DNA of 64,000 nucleotides from Stylophora pistillata (Eukaryota): NCBI RefSeq assembly GCF_002571385.2, contig NW_019217861.1, positions 547,529 to 611,528 of the forward strand, read 5' to 3'. Shown piece by piece: positions 10,093 to 23,455 of this stretch (position 1 is its first letter; each line of letters starts with the position of its first letter). The notes under the pieces were generated by a model. It saw only the letters and a program-made list of their open reading frames with translations, ran no database searches and was not told where the DNA came from. The position numbers and the translations under genes were made by a program.

Positions 10093-12484
10093 CAATGCCA
10101 AAAAGATCTCTACAGCTGCTATAAACAGGAAAACAGCACCACAAAGGAATGCCTGGTGAAATATAAAGATTGTATGGCTGCGCTTATACCCACTATGCCT
10201 TACTTGTGGTAAGTTCCACGTGAATACAGCACATCTTTTTGTTTGCTTTAGTCGTTTATGGTTTTCTTTCATTTTGTCAGGTTGATTTCAGACAGCGTTA
10301 TTTAGCCCGAGTTTCAGTTATATCCAAAAGCAATAGTGTTGACCAGTTCTCTCGCCCCTCATAACCTTTTTTGTTTTTGTTCTTTCTAGATCTGGGAAAT
10401 AAAATGCATTCGTCACTCACACTCATGGATATCATTTGTCAGCCGGGTTTAACCAAATCGGATGAACTTTCAGGAAAAGTCCACCTGAAATATAAGAAAT
10501 GCGTTTCAGAATTTGCGCTCATTTTGTGTAAGTCGTAGTGGTACATATTGTTTTGTTACCAACCTAAATGCGACACTCTTTGACTAAAGAATGCAGGTCG
10601 TATTCCGTCCTCTCGTCCTCTATGTCACACAAAAAAAGAATTTTTTTAGCACACCATACAAACCTGCGAAATTTCAGCCTTAACTCGTCGAAAGACTAAA
10701 CTTTTTGTCGAACAAGTGTAGTGCAGCATTTTGAGGCGTCGATGCTATAACGTGGTCGTGATTTTATCTTTTTTGCTGGGAGACTTTGTGTAAAAAGGAC
10801 CTAACCTGGTGTACAAGTCATGCGCGAGGCATAAAAGCGAAGGCTGAATGTCATATTGAAAACGGCAAATGTTTGAAGAACGGAGGACCGACCCCTGTCA
10901 CCTATTCCCCAGATAAGCGTCCAATGACTGCAACGTACGACAGCGGGAGCGGTCAGTTTACAGTAAGTTTGCACGCGTTGGGCATTTTGCAATTAAGATT
11001 AACGATTAAAACGGTTTTACCTCCTGCATGTATATCATTTAAGCTGTCTAGATAAAAATTATTATTAGCAATTACTTTTGCTTTAGGGTTGTCATAAAGA
11101 TCTGTACAACTGCTACAAAGCCGAAAACAGCAGCGCGAAGGAATGTTTGATCAAATACAAAGACTGCATGGTAGCTCTTGTTCCTACAATGCCATACTAT
11201 GTGGTAATAACAACTAATTTATTTTTTCCAAAACCAAATCGTGCCTTTTCAGGTATTTCCCCATCGTTCACATCTTCGACATCATAAGGTTTCGCTAGCA
11301 AGGATCAAGTGGTATAGTGTTTAATGAAGAGTTTCTAGATAAAAATTCATTGTCCTTGTGCAAGACCAATTGAGAGTTCGAAATTAATACTTTAGAACAA
11401 GGATTGTCTTAAAACGTTGACTGATTAATCTAATCCTTTTTTCCCAGACTCTGTGCGACAATGACTTCAGTTGGAGTGTTAGCCACGCACAAGGAATAAA
11501 GGCAAAGGCTGCCTGTTTTTATAATTACGGCAAATGTTTGAAGGATGGGGGGGGACCTACTCCTGTGACTTATGCCCCTGAGAAGCCTATGCCTCCAACA
11601 CTAGCTCCGAGTCGGGGCCCATTTGCAGTGAGAATCACTAATCAGACATCGGTAGTGTTTGTAGCCTTTTATTTTTCCTTTTTTCGATAGAAATTTAAAA
11701 GTTATAAACGCAATACACTACGTAGTAATGAGCATATCAGGTAGTACAGGATCGGAATTGCGCACTCCATTCAAAGCAGTTTTTCTAACATTTATTAATC
11801 TGGTTTCCTTGCAGCAATGCCAAATTGACCTTTATGGCTGTAATAACAACCAGATAAGACTGCCATGGAATGTTTGGTATAGCCTGCAAGGGTTGTATGG
11901 CTCAGCTCATTCCACCCCACGTGGTAAATATATTTTAAGAATTTATCTGCGCGCAACTTTCTATTAGTAGACATGGTTTGATGCTACCCTGGTTTAAAGA
12001 TTTAATGTAACATTAGATCTTTAAACCAGAATAGCATCAAACCACGTCTGATTGTCCACCTGGTTGCTGTGTAAATATAACTTTCTATTAGTGCCTTAAC
12101 ATGGCAGCCGGCAGGGCGTGAAGTCTTTAAACATGTGGAAAAATGTTCACAGCTTTTATCAAAATCATAAATATATTTATCTGATTTTACTTGATTTGCA
12201 TAGTAGAGCATGAGCTCATGAGAGTTGTTGCCACCGTAGCGTACTTATCATCCACTGCACAACACTGTAATTCTGAATTCTCTTTTAAGGCAACATGGAA
12301 GAAAGAAGCCGATGAATGCCACGGAAATGCCACAGGGCTTGGGGACAAAGCCAAGTGTGCCATCGACTTCAGTGTATGTTTGTCAAATGGTGGGCCACAC
12401 AGGCTGCCTAAGAATATGAGTGTTGTTTTCTCGATAGGTAATGTATTGTCGACACCTAAACAAATAAAGAATATTCAAAACTGA
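10093..12484 (+). pseudogene. Twin-CX6C repeat protein, copy 2 (probable pseudogene; no first exon found)
   Basis: Exons 10093-10208 (116 nt, 1-nt deletion), 10783-10962, 11087-11203, 11448-11627 (Cys to Ser), 11815-11923 (frameshifted) and 12290-12484 (Cys to Trp). Modules alternate X10/X12 and are homologous to copy 1. Confidence 0.75.
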
Positions 12485-13919
12485 TTTCAGTTGCCGTTTA
12501 AATGTTGTATTGGAAAAGTGACCACTAAATACCGAGTACACCTACAGGTGTACTTTCGGAAAATATTAAGCTGAACCAATAAAATGGTAGCAAAATGAAA
12601 AGTTTAGAGAGCTAAGTTTAAATAGAAATGTTACAACTTAGGCATCATCTTCCAATTCAAAATAGAGCTCCGAAATATTATTGCGAGAGGGTAGAGTGAG
12701 ATGGGTGAAATCTAGAACGGCGTTAGCTTGCAAGCAGGCCCTTCACAGACCTCTTGCACGCTAGCCTGTACGAATCTTTCCCACTTAGCCGTCCGTACCA
12801 ACCTNNNNNNNNNNNAAGGGAGGGGGAGGGGGGCTGGAAACGAGGTTGCACTCATGCCACAGCGCAAATAAGAGCCCGCTACCAGGAATAGTATGGGATA
12901 TGGAAATATTCCCACAGCAAAAATGTGTTTCCCATATTTTGAATAGCCTTAATGTGATGGTTTGAAATAAAATAATTATTTATATATCCTAAACTCGTCA
13001 TTTGATCGTGCTATCATCGACCATTTCTTCACACTTCAATATATGTGCTGTACGCACCCATAGTTGAGGTATTACACGCGTAATAAAACACAGGGATCGA
13101 TAAAAACCTGCAAAGTATGATACCGTAAAGAAATATTTTATTGACTCAACCAATTGATACAACCGTTTGAGTAGCTGTGTGCTTTTAGCAGCATGTACAA
13201 TTGTCTGCACAGCGGGCCTGTAATATATTCAATTAAATTATCCGCGTTTAGCATTAAGGCATATACATCTTTATATCTTGTTAACCTAATTTTAAAGGAT
13301 ACAAATGAGTTTTTTACAATTTCCCTATAAACAAATGCTTGGCTTATGCATGCATCTATTGAACCATTTATTTGAGCAATTCTTTCGATGTAATGAGACG
13401 CTTGAGTTTAGAACTGAAATTTTTTTACTTTCTTTCTTGAATTCCCGCCCATATGTACTAAGTCTAAGCGTCTTTGAAAGGAAAAACGGAGTTATTTTCT
13501 GTTTAGCAGAGTTCTGTTTATTTAAGTGGTTATGGGGTTCAGGAAAAACTCCCTATATCACGCTTTGGCCCTTTTGAAATTTTAACGAATTCAAATCATC
13601 TTCCACTTTGAGGCCAGACAAAGACCATAACAAAGCTTATTCATCCTTGTGGACTCAGCATACCCATCGCGATAAAGGTCTGAAGGAATCTGTTTCCCCA
13701 GCCGTTTCCTACAATTCGTTTTCCTTAATTTATATTGGTATTTTGCTATTACCTCTACCGAGTCAAGTTTACCAAAATCAGTCTGGAAGAAGGATTGCAT
13801 CACAGTTGTTCATCGTGGATACGAAATATCTCGTGATTCTCCCAATAATTTTCCTAACCTAACGTGATCTCTAATTAATTTTCTGCAGCTTTTCATTATC
13901 TATAGCCTTGTGTATTACT

Positions 13920-16900
13920 CTATGAGAGAGATTTAAACTTTCTTTTCATGATTCTAACAATACAACACTCATTTCCGTTAACATCTGGATACCCCTTATC
14001 GCTGAAGCCTTCCAATGCTGGACACACGTCCTGCCAACGGTCATTAAATTGCTGCAGTTCTCCTTTAACGGCTTTCTGTGACGGTCCGTCAAGAATTTCA
14101 CATACGTCCTTTCCAAGCCGGTTGACTCGATCAACCTTGACTTGCATTGATGGCTTTTCCTCTAGTTTAATCTAGAACGAAGAAAAAGGGTGAATGTTGC
14201 ACATTAAGAAAAAGAGAGGTCAAATATCTGCAGAAGTTTATTTTTGCGTTCTATTTGTGAAGATACCAATTTGCCAAAGATGAATCAGTTTGTCTCGAAT
14301 TCGATGATTCTTTGAAGCTGCATCAGTGGAATAGTGTCAATAATATTTCTGCGCTGTTTGATGGGTCGAGGCGATCCTATTATGCTGACCAACATCGATG
14401 AAGTGATGAGTAAAACTCAGGTCAATAAACAAAAGATTGAGGCTTTAGTTCCACCAAAAGCGAAAATCTAATGGCTTAGCTAATGAAATGCCGCACAACG
14501 TACAAGTACCTGAGCTCTTTTCTTAAGGTTCTCTTGCTCGTCAGAAGGCAAATCTTCTTTGTATTCATTCATCAACGCTTTCCCGTCGTCCACCCACTGA
14601 TTAACAGAATCCACCAGGTCATACATCTCTTTCATTTTGTTTTGGGTATTTACCAACTAGACGGAAGAGAAAATAAACATGCAAATTATTACAATGTGGG
14701 GGATAGGAGGGCACAAAGCCATCCCATTAATCGAGGCTTTTCATGTCCCTGACGAGTAATTTCCCGTTTTCCACCATTTCCAATCCTGTTCACTAACTTA
14801 ATTCGTCTATCTTCGTTCCCTTCACAGATTTGCCTCGTTGATAGAGGCAGTAAAAGGTATAGGGATTTTAACCTACGATCTTTCTCTTTATTTATCGATT
14901 CCATAAGTTGCAGATAACATATTACTAACTCTCTCTGCTCTTGTGATCGTAAGCTGCAAAAAATTCTTCTGACTCTAAATTAATCTGAAATAGCAGTAGA
15001 GATATTGGGCGACTCTGCCACAGAACTTCAATCACTGTGTTAATGCAATCGACTTTCATGGCTAAGCAAAGTACAACAGGGTTCCACAAAATGTTGCTCA
15101 ACACTTTAGATGCAAGATTGTTTTTAGAAACCAGTAAAATATCTATGTTTACACACCTTTTCCTTTTCATCAATGACTCTCTTGGCAACATGATTCCAGC
15201 AGTCGTCAAAGTCTTGTAATTGTGCTTCAATTTCCTTTGTTGTCTCTTCGTCGCTACCCGAATCCTCAATAAGGTCTTTCCCCAATTGACGGAGCCTTTG
15301 CAGTCTTTCCTCCTGTTCTTCAAGCTCCTTCTGAGTTGTCTGTTGGTATATTTACAAACTTGATAAAACTGGATCAATCGATCATTATACGTGTGGCCGA
15401 ATTTTTTATCTTTTAAGGAATGACTTTCAAAATTATTTCAAAGAATGCAGGTGATTAATACAAAATGGCGTGGAGAAGGAATATCCTCTGAATGAGAATT
15501 ATATCTCTCGAAACCGAAGGAAAGTCAAACATCTTGCACTACCACTGAATTATTCTAACTAGGTGTAATACTTACCTCAAGAAGTTCAAGGCTTTCCTTG
15601 ACCTGTTGTTCGTCAGCAACATCAGTATTCGACACCTCTTTGAGAGTTTTCTCTTTCTGGCTGAGCCAGTTTAGAAGAATAAGTTCTTCATCTCGAAATT
15701 TCTGCCAGTCGATCATTGCTTTGGTTAGTTTCTGGTTTCGATCCTCACTCCAATTCCAGGCCGTTGCCCACCTTTCGTTCACAGTTTTGATTTGTTCGCG
15801 AGTTTTACCATCCAAATCTGGGTCTGTTGAATCAATCCTCATTACCGAAGCCACTAAAGACATGTCACCAACTCCTTCTTGAAATTTCTGAGGTAAAAAA
15901 AAAAAACCGCATGCTCAACATATTGCTATCAATAAACTTACGAGTTTTTACCAATGAGCTTTTTCTTTGTCTATCGATACTTTTCTTTTCCCGTGTTAAA
16001 CATTGAAAGTACGCATATGCTCTTTGCCAGTTCGCATGGGGCATGAATACCTCGATGTAACATGAAAACATTGATTTGACAATTACCTGATGTTCCTCCA
16101 ACTGCTCCTTAACAGTTTCGTAGGTAGGGCCAATGTCATCTTCTTTGTCCATCTTTTGCTCGGCCTTTTTCAACCATATGGTCATTTTGTTTAACTGCTG
16201 TTTCAAAAGTACGGATCTCTCCTGTGAAAGCCTAAGCGGGAAAAAAACAAAACCAAAAAAACAACTACGTTAATAACTTAGCTTGTTTGATTCACATCTA
16301 ACGTATTCAAGGTGGTAGTACTTAATCGTTTTCGAGAGTAAATGTCAACTCTGCTCTTCGATCAATTTTAATGAGCAGTAAAACATAGCACGGGGTCATT
16401 CACTGTTACAATAATCATATCCCTGAACAACTCACTTGTCCTGATCCCTCTGGGATTGCTCAAGAAGATTTTGCAACCTTTTATCGACGTTATCCATCCG
16501 GTCTTGGAAGTGCTCCTTTTCACCTAAATCAAAGTATCCTTCCCCTATCAACGATCGTCCTTCATTCAAAACTTCATAAGTACGAGACTTTACTGGCTCA
16601 AGGTCCTGGCGAAATTTCTGTTTAGAATTAAAAAAAATTTAAATGAAAAAGTAGTTCTCTTCTGTCTAATGAGTTATCTTACTGTTGACGAAAGGCACTT
16701 TTGACATTTCCAGCCCTGGCAAAAAGGCGTCAATTACGTCACTGCTCAAACTCAGATAGCCCATTAACAATGATTGAAGTGATGAAAATTATGATTTTTA
16801 AGTAAAAATAGGTAGGTCATCGCTCAATCTTTACGAGGGATGAATATTGATACATAGTCAGCACGTCATGCATTACAGTAACGAATTTCCAACCTGTTGT

Positions 16901-19900
16901 TCCTCTAGCTGTTTGGTTACTTCTCCCAAATCAACTGAATCATTATCATCGTAAACTGGTTTATTGTGTTCCGCGTCAGACAATCCGCTTTCCACTTCAT
17001 TCAATTTCTTGCTAAGATCAGCAACTGCCTTATCGTGTTCTGATTGACTGACAAAAAGAAACTTAGTTGTTAATGGAAAACATCATTTCGTGAGATGACA
17101 TTTTGTGGTGAATACATGTATTTATGGATGTTTCAGTGGCACAGACATGTTAGTAACTTCAGTTAATCAAGGTCATTTCTTTTCATATAGACCAACAATG
17201 TCTTTTGCTGGTGGACAGTACCGAAAAGGGGGCCACGTAGTTTCTTTTTATTTTGCTGCTTCTAAACCTATCTTCAGTTGGGTATCTCAACTATATCGAA
17301 ACTGCGCGTATCTATTTCCAGATTCGGTCGACCAGTTTTCGATCGTCAGTTCATCTTACGTCACTTAATCATAAGATGCATTCCTAACCATACCTGATGG
17401 CTGCTTTGCTATCCAAATTATCAAAGCCATCGTTCAGGGCTCCCTCCACAGCATCTGCTTTCTCGATAAAGCAAGAATTCTCCGCAATTACCGAAGCCTT
17501 CTGCAAAAGTGAGATATCAAACGGCCAATTTAACCCTGAGACTTAATTATTACATTGCCGAAACTTGCTCAATCAATGCCAACTTTTCTACAGTTTTGGA
17601 AGAGATGTGAATATGAAAACTATAATTGCCATGTTCTCGAAAATAAAACTCGATCATACAATGATTTTTTTTCTTACCCTTTCTTTGGCTTTGTTTCCCT
17701 CAAGGTAGTTGTACATCTCAGTTAAATACATGATAATAAGCTTCTTGTCCGGCTTTTCAACGTCGATGTCTGTAAATTTTGACAAATATTAGAGATTATG
17801 CTTACATGTAAGAGACCACTGTTTGTAATTTTGTTAGTTTTAAGTTATGGCATCGGTTCAATTGACGAACTTACTTAACATATTCCTATTTTGATTCAAC
17901 CCATCGCATGATTCAACCCTCACATGAGGTCTGTAGCCTTTTCATACAACAATACTCTTAAGTCAGTTATGAGTAAACCAATTAACGCCTTTTTGAATGT
18001 CGTAACTATAAATCTCAACGTTCAAAACAAATTTTTTGGCTAAAAAAAATTCTCAACTTTCGTCCACTACGCTCAAGCAACAATGACAATGATGAGATGT
18101 TGCATTTTTTGGAAAATTAATTTCATCGCATGTGTCATATGAACAATAGAACTTCAACCGTTTCTCCTTTTTAAGATTCGAACCCTCTAGAGTTGGACCA
18201 GGCCCTCTGTTTAAATTATGCAGTAAGATGATACATATCCCCATGCGGATTTCAAATCGAAAACTTCGCAGACAACAAGACGATACCATTAGGTAAAGCT
18301 CATACGAGGCTTTCAGCAAATATTACAAACCTGTCGAGTCTAAGTAGCGCGGAACGCCGAAGTGCTTTTCTGCCATCTTAAAAGAGTTGTCCAGTCTGGC
18401 TCGAGTCGATGACTGCGCAATGGCATTGAAGTCAAACAGTCCAGGTCTGAGAGAAAAGAAAAGATCGTTGTTTTCGAACAGAAAGTAACACTATTTGTTT
18501 CTTGTACGTGCGTTTATTAAGTTATTACAATTTTTCCGTACCCGTAGGAATGAATAAGAGCGTTGAATGCCAGACCATCTCTCCAGCTTGAAGAAAAATC
18601 AGATATTGTGACGTGGTCTTCATACCTAGATTCGAAAAGATTGTTTAATTAAAAGAAAAGGTTTCAAAACCTCCAAGATTATTTAAAATACACAAAGGAA
18701 TCGTTTAATTGCATCCCACTCACCCTTTCAAGCGTTCTTTGCACCAATCAAGAAGCTTCTTTTCGACATTGAACGATTTCGCCGTCTCCTCTGTTACTGT
18801 TTCCTGCATAATCTCTTGGACCTACCAAGTCAAAAATTAGAGCTTTTTTTTCTTTTTGTTTCTTTGAGAATACCTAGTGCATCACTGACCTTAGAGAACT
18901 GATCAGTTATTAACTACCTGACAATTTTCCCGAGCTGTAAAATTGTGCTGGACTTCCTTGGGCACAGTGGAGAATGAACGCCTCTTAGAGTATTGATTAA
19001 TATATCGAGGATCAACTAGCTTCTTGCCTTTATCATTAGCGTTTAGACCAAAGGTTAACTTCACTGATTCATCATGATTATGCAAGTAGTTGTAATGACC
19101 CTAACTGACTTAGAAGAAACGCATAGACGTAAAGCGCATTAGCTCTTGCGACATACATAAACAATGGTTCATGGAACCTGCTCTTACATTCAGTTTACTA
19201 GGTGTATTTGGTAACATTGGCTTGCAAACGATCATGAAGTTCTTACCTGGAATCTGAGAATGACACTCCACATGAGGCCAAGAATTACACGAGGTTTTCC
19301 ATCCACAATGTCAAAAGCATTGATACCCACCAGTTTAACCTTAAGAAACACAGTGAAGTTAGTTATTTAATATGTATATTTTACAGAGACATGCAAAGAG
19401 TAAAACTAATGTATGAGTGTACTTGTTTAAAGACAGAACTGTTTGCTCCATACTCCTCCTAAACCCTTAAGCTTCCTAAGTAAGGGTATGGTTGCTTGCC
19501 ACCTTAAACTCCCTCGGTTATTTCGGACCATGATGATTAGCGTTTTTCCCTCACTTTGTCAGCCCAAATTCGAAAGGTTTAAGACTGCACTACCGTTAGC
19601 TGCGCATACACTCCTGCAAGTTCCCATCGGCTCAACTAAGAACACATCCCCTGGCTATTTCTTTACCTTCAATGGAAACTTTAGTCTACCTAACACTCAT
19701 TCATGAAAAATAAAATGGCTTATTGACTGTCAGATTAAAAATAAAGAAAAAAGGAAAACTCAGCGGCGTGTTGGTAATGCATCAGTTGTCCTTCCCAGCA
19801 ACCAGCAGCCGTAGCAGTACATCGTGTTACAAATACGTTCACGGATCACAGACCAGAACTACATTGAAAAGGAGCACAAGTATAAACAAAAAGACTGTGC

Positions 19901-20129
19901 GGTCTTGTTACCTTTTGCTTCTCAAGCAATTTCATAGCTTGTTCAACATTGTTCAACTTATGAACACGCAAGTTTCCTTTTTCTTTTTTCTGAATAAGCA
20001 AGATAGAAAGAGATGCATTTATTAAGGCCTGTTCACAGATACTGGATCCGTCTGTAATTAATATCTTCGGATATTGTAAAGCGCTATTGATCTGTTATTG
20101 TAAATATAAGAAATAAATTATTATTATTA

Positions 20130-20160
<31 letters not shown>

Positions 20161-23100
20161 AAAAACTGACCAGTCACGAGTGAGTTACACAGTCTCACAG
20201 CTAATATGTTGACGGTAAAACAGACCGACAGGTTTTCACGAACCGGACTTATGACACCCCACTGACATCAACTTTTCACCTGACTCTGATTTTGGTATTT
20301 GGTCAGAATGTCAAAAAGTCAGTCACCACTACCGACAACAGACCCCCTCAGGAATACCCTCAACCGGACGATCAGACTCAGTACACGATCAAATCATCTT
20401 TGAAAGACGTCTTAGTCCTTCTATAAATCCTCTGATACAAAAACAAATAATTATTGAGAACTTGTCAATCGCATAACAATATGGGTTTACTATTTGACGA
20501 ATTGAGCGGTAAATTTAAACGGGATAGATCCTCAAAACAGAGAACAATCACTTGCATTTACCAATTTTGTGTTACAAAGGACTTCCATCATATTCAGCAA
20601 CATCTTCCCGTCCATAAAATCTACTACAACATCTTTTATTTCCATGGGAGGATCGTGCTGTGGGAAAAAAAGCGTAAAAGCATGATTACTAGCCCAGTGC
20701 AATATGATCAATCATGCCGCCGTCAGCTACATTTGTTTGAGAAGGGCCTTGGAGGCACCCTATGATTGAATTGATCACGGCTTACTACAATTTAAAATTG
20801 TTTGAAACAATCCGCATCGCCTCCTAGTCTAGTGAGACCCCGAGCTTAAAGCCGAACCTCCTTCGACATTGCATTTTCTCGCGCTTGAGATCGTTTCGGC
20901 AATTTCAACACAAATTTGCCGCTATACCCTTAAGATGATTTATTCAAAATGCTCAAACAAATTAAAATGTTAACATATTGTAAGAAAAAGTACGATAGAG
21001 TTTGCCTTACCTGAGCGAGTCTTGCGTTTACCCATTTTGTGAACGTTTTTCTGTGTAGGGCTTCTCTCTCACCTTTGGTAAAAGAAATTATTCGAGATAT
21101 TAAAAAAAAAACACTGATTTTTAATTCTAAAATGGTTTCTAAGATAATAGTTTGTTTCAGTTTTCTGTTTCGTTGTTCGCTTTGTTTTTGTTCCTGACAG
21201 TTAGTTGATTTCTTTTAATTTAATTCTGGCAATTCGCTAATCACATATCTTACAGTGTGCTTTTTTTGAAATGATTGAATGCCAAATTCCATTACTTTTC
21301 TAGCCTCTTGGTCTGTAGAAGACTTAAAAGAGTCTGTGTTTCTTTAAGATAGTGAAGGATGTCTTGGCATTGTAGAGTAGCCTTGCTATTCACAAAAGAT
21401 CTCGAGTTTAGCATTCTATTCTCCACCACATATCATGGAGATTTTTTAAAAACTCCGATTATTCTGCAAATTCCCTGTTCTCATATCTTTTAGATCTTTA
21501 CTTTTTTATATCTGCGTTTAAAAAATAAAGAAGCCTTGGAGCAGCTTATCATAATAAGATATTAGTAAGAAAACAACGCGAAAGTTTGATGTTCTTCTAT
21601 TTATTTCCTACTTCGGTAAATAAACATGAAAAATGGCTTCTTTTTTTCGGATAGAAAATTTTCTAGCAGGACGTGATTATTTCCATAATTAATTGGACTT
21701 TGGAAGACAGTGAAATGAATACAAATTGTTTTTATAGCCAGTCGTGTAACTCTCGAAACTACTTTCTCCATTACGGGAACATATAGCCACTCCACAACGA
21801 TATTGTTTGGGTTTAAACAGCTGTTGATGAACCTTCTTGATTTTCAATATCGCTCTCTAATTATAACCGATTTTTTTTTTTTTTTTTTTTTTTTTTCATG
21901 TGCATTTTAGGTTAACATTAAAATTCTTTAAGTAGTTCAATTTGTCATATGATGATAGAATAGTGGAATGAAACCAGAGTTAAGTGGTCTCAAGGGCCTT
22001 TTGTTATTATGATTATTCCATTTAGGGAAAACAAGGAATATTTACAATTCTGGAATGATGTAACGTCAAATTTGTTGTGATAAATTTCCATTATTCTCCA
22101 GTACTTTTGATGTTAATATTTTCGTCGGCGACGATTTTAGACCGACTCATATTGGAATGTTTTTCAATTAAGAGCAAACATAGAGCTTAGTTAACAGTTT
22201 TAAAAAGTTTGCACGATCGTTTTCTTTCCTGTCAACAGACTGTATAGAAATTTCACTGAAGCAAACCCCTTATATTAATTCCATTTGCCGCAGGAAATGT
22301 CTTTCGACTGATTTGCTTTCCCTCTCAACCCTTGATTAAGTAAAATGCAAATATCAAGATTGAAATTAATAGTCGTCTCACTTCATTACACAGGCTAGTA
22401 TATTTTTAATATTCGCATGTATTGATGAAGTGGTCCATATTTATCGTGATTAAAATCAACATGTACGGCCATAAAGAATACCGTTCCAAGAAAAAGTGAA
22501 GCTTTGATTTACCCGCTTCTTCAAGGGATAGCGTTCTACGCATGATGAGTAAAAATTTATTTACCTGAGAGGGCTCGTTTATCACTTGAAAATAACTACA
22601 CGCCGCATTCCATGCATATCTTACAGATTCGATGGTCAATCGCTGACAAAATGTGGGATAATTATTGCTCTGTGAACAATTCAGTCAACTGTCTTGCTAG
22701 TAAACACTTCGGTTGAAATATGAAAACATGTTCAATACTCGGTTTAAGGGATGTAGCAGAATTATCTAAACTTGAGGTTGAGTATGGTAAAGAACGCAAT
22801 AGCGTCAATTTCCTAAAGTGCAATATAGATCTTGTTATTTTTCCCTTTTGAACTTCATAAAGTTACTAGTCCTCGATTGTGAAATGTTGTTTAACTTTTA
22901 ACAACTTAGTAAGAGCTCTCTTGGTAAAATTTGTTGACATGAAAACAACGAGCCTGTGAACTGAAAGTTGTGATATGATAATGGAATGATAAGGTACGCA
23001 CTGCAATGTGTAGATAATTGTTTACAACTTATAGAAGAATGGTAAGTTTTAATCTATTTCACCCAGATTAATAACATCCGATCGTCAGTCTCTAAATGCG

Positions 23101-23377
23101 AGTGTTGGAAGCAGTTAGCAAACTTTTCTGGAAGAGCTTTGGAACTTCAACGAAAGAGCGAAAATTGCGCTTATTGCGCCAGGGGGCGAAAACTTGCGCT
23201 AATTGAATGAATCACAGAAAATAAAATTGTACAAACATTTTCCGAGAGCGAGTGCAGAGGTAAAGTACAAGAAACGGATGAAAAGGCTTCTAGGCTGTCC
23301 CTACCTGATCGGTCCGAGATCATTCTTTTGAGTTTCATGGAGTTTTGGCGAGCGACTTCTGCTTCTTGGCCGTTCAT
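13920..23377 (-). CDS. Short dystrophin/utrophin-family protein A (CH1-CH2 + about 4 spectrin repeats, about 757 aa)
   Basis: 17 phase-consistent GT-AG exons: 23377-23305, 21072-21011, 20657-20562, 19989-19912, 19339-19247, 18821-18724, 18625-18542, 18446-18331, 17769-17678, 17500-17394, 17047-16894, 16617-16436, 16231-16087, 15887-15576, 15339-15157, 14656-14510, 14171-13920. Total 2274 nt, no internal stops. Motifs RKTFTKWVN, VKLVGINAFDIVDGKPRVILGLMWSVILRFQ, SWRDGLAFNALIH, PDKKLIIMYL, NERWATAWNW. Confidence 0.92.
20115..20160. repeat. (TTA)n microsatellite
   Basis: Direct reading. Confidence 0.9.
20265..20395 (+). mobile_element. Degenerate Penelope-type 3' end remnant
   Basis: cacctgactctgat...aaagtcagtcaccactaccgacaacag...accctcaaccggacgatcagac resembles a hammerhead-bearing Penelope 3' end recalled from cnidarian repeats; the core is decayed. 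Confidence 0.45.
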
Positions 23378-23448
23378 GTTTAAACGCGAGTTCAGCTCTC
23401 CAAGATTTGTGCACGAATAGTGTTGCTCAATTTAGTGTTGGTATGCAA

Positions 23449-23455
23449 ATTTATA
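23449..23455 (-). promoter_or_regulatory. TATA box of dystrophin-like gene A
   Basis: TATAAAT on the minus strand about 72 nt upstream of ATG 23377; overlaps an ATGCAAAT octamer. Confidence 0.45.

Noticed and set aside
13920-13935. CaaX prenylation or KASH/transmembrane tail on the dystrophin-like proteins
   Set aside because: The ends are KSLS and LVVN (no Cys at -4); there is no long hydrophobic segment or PPPX motif.
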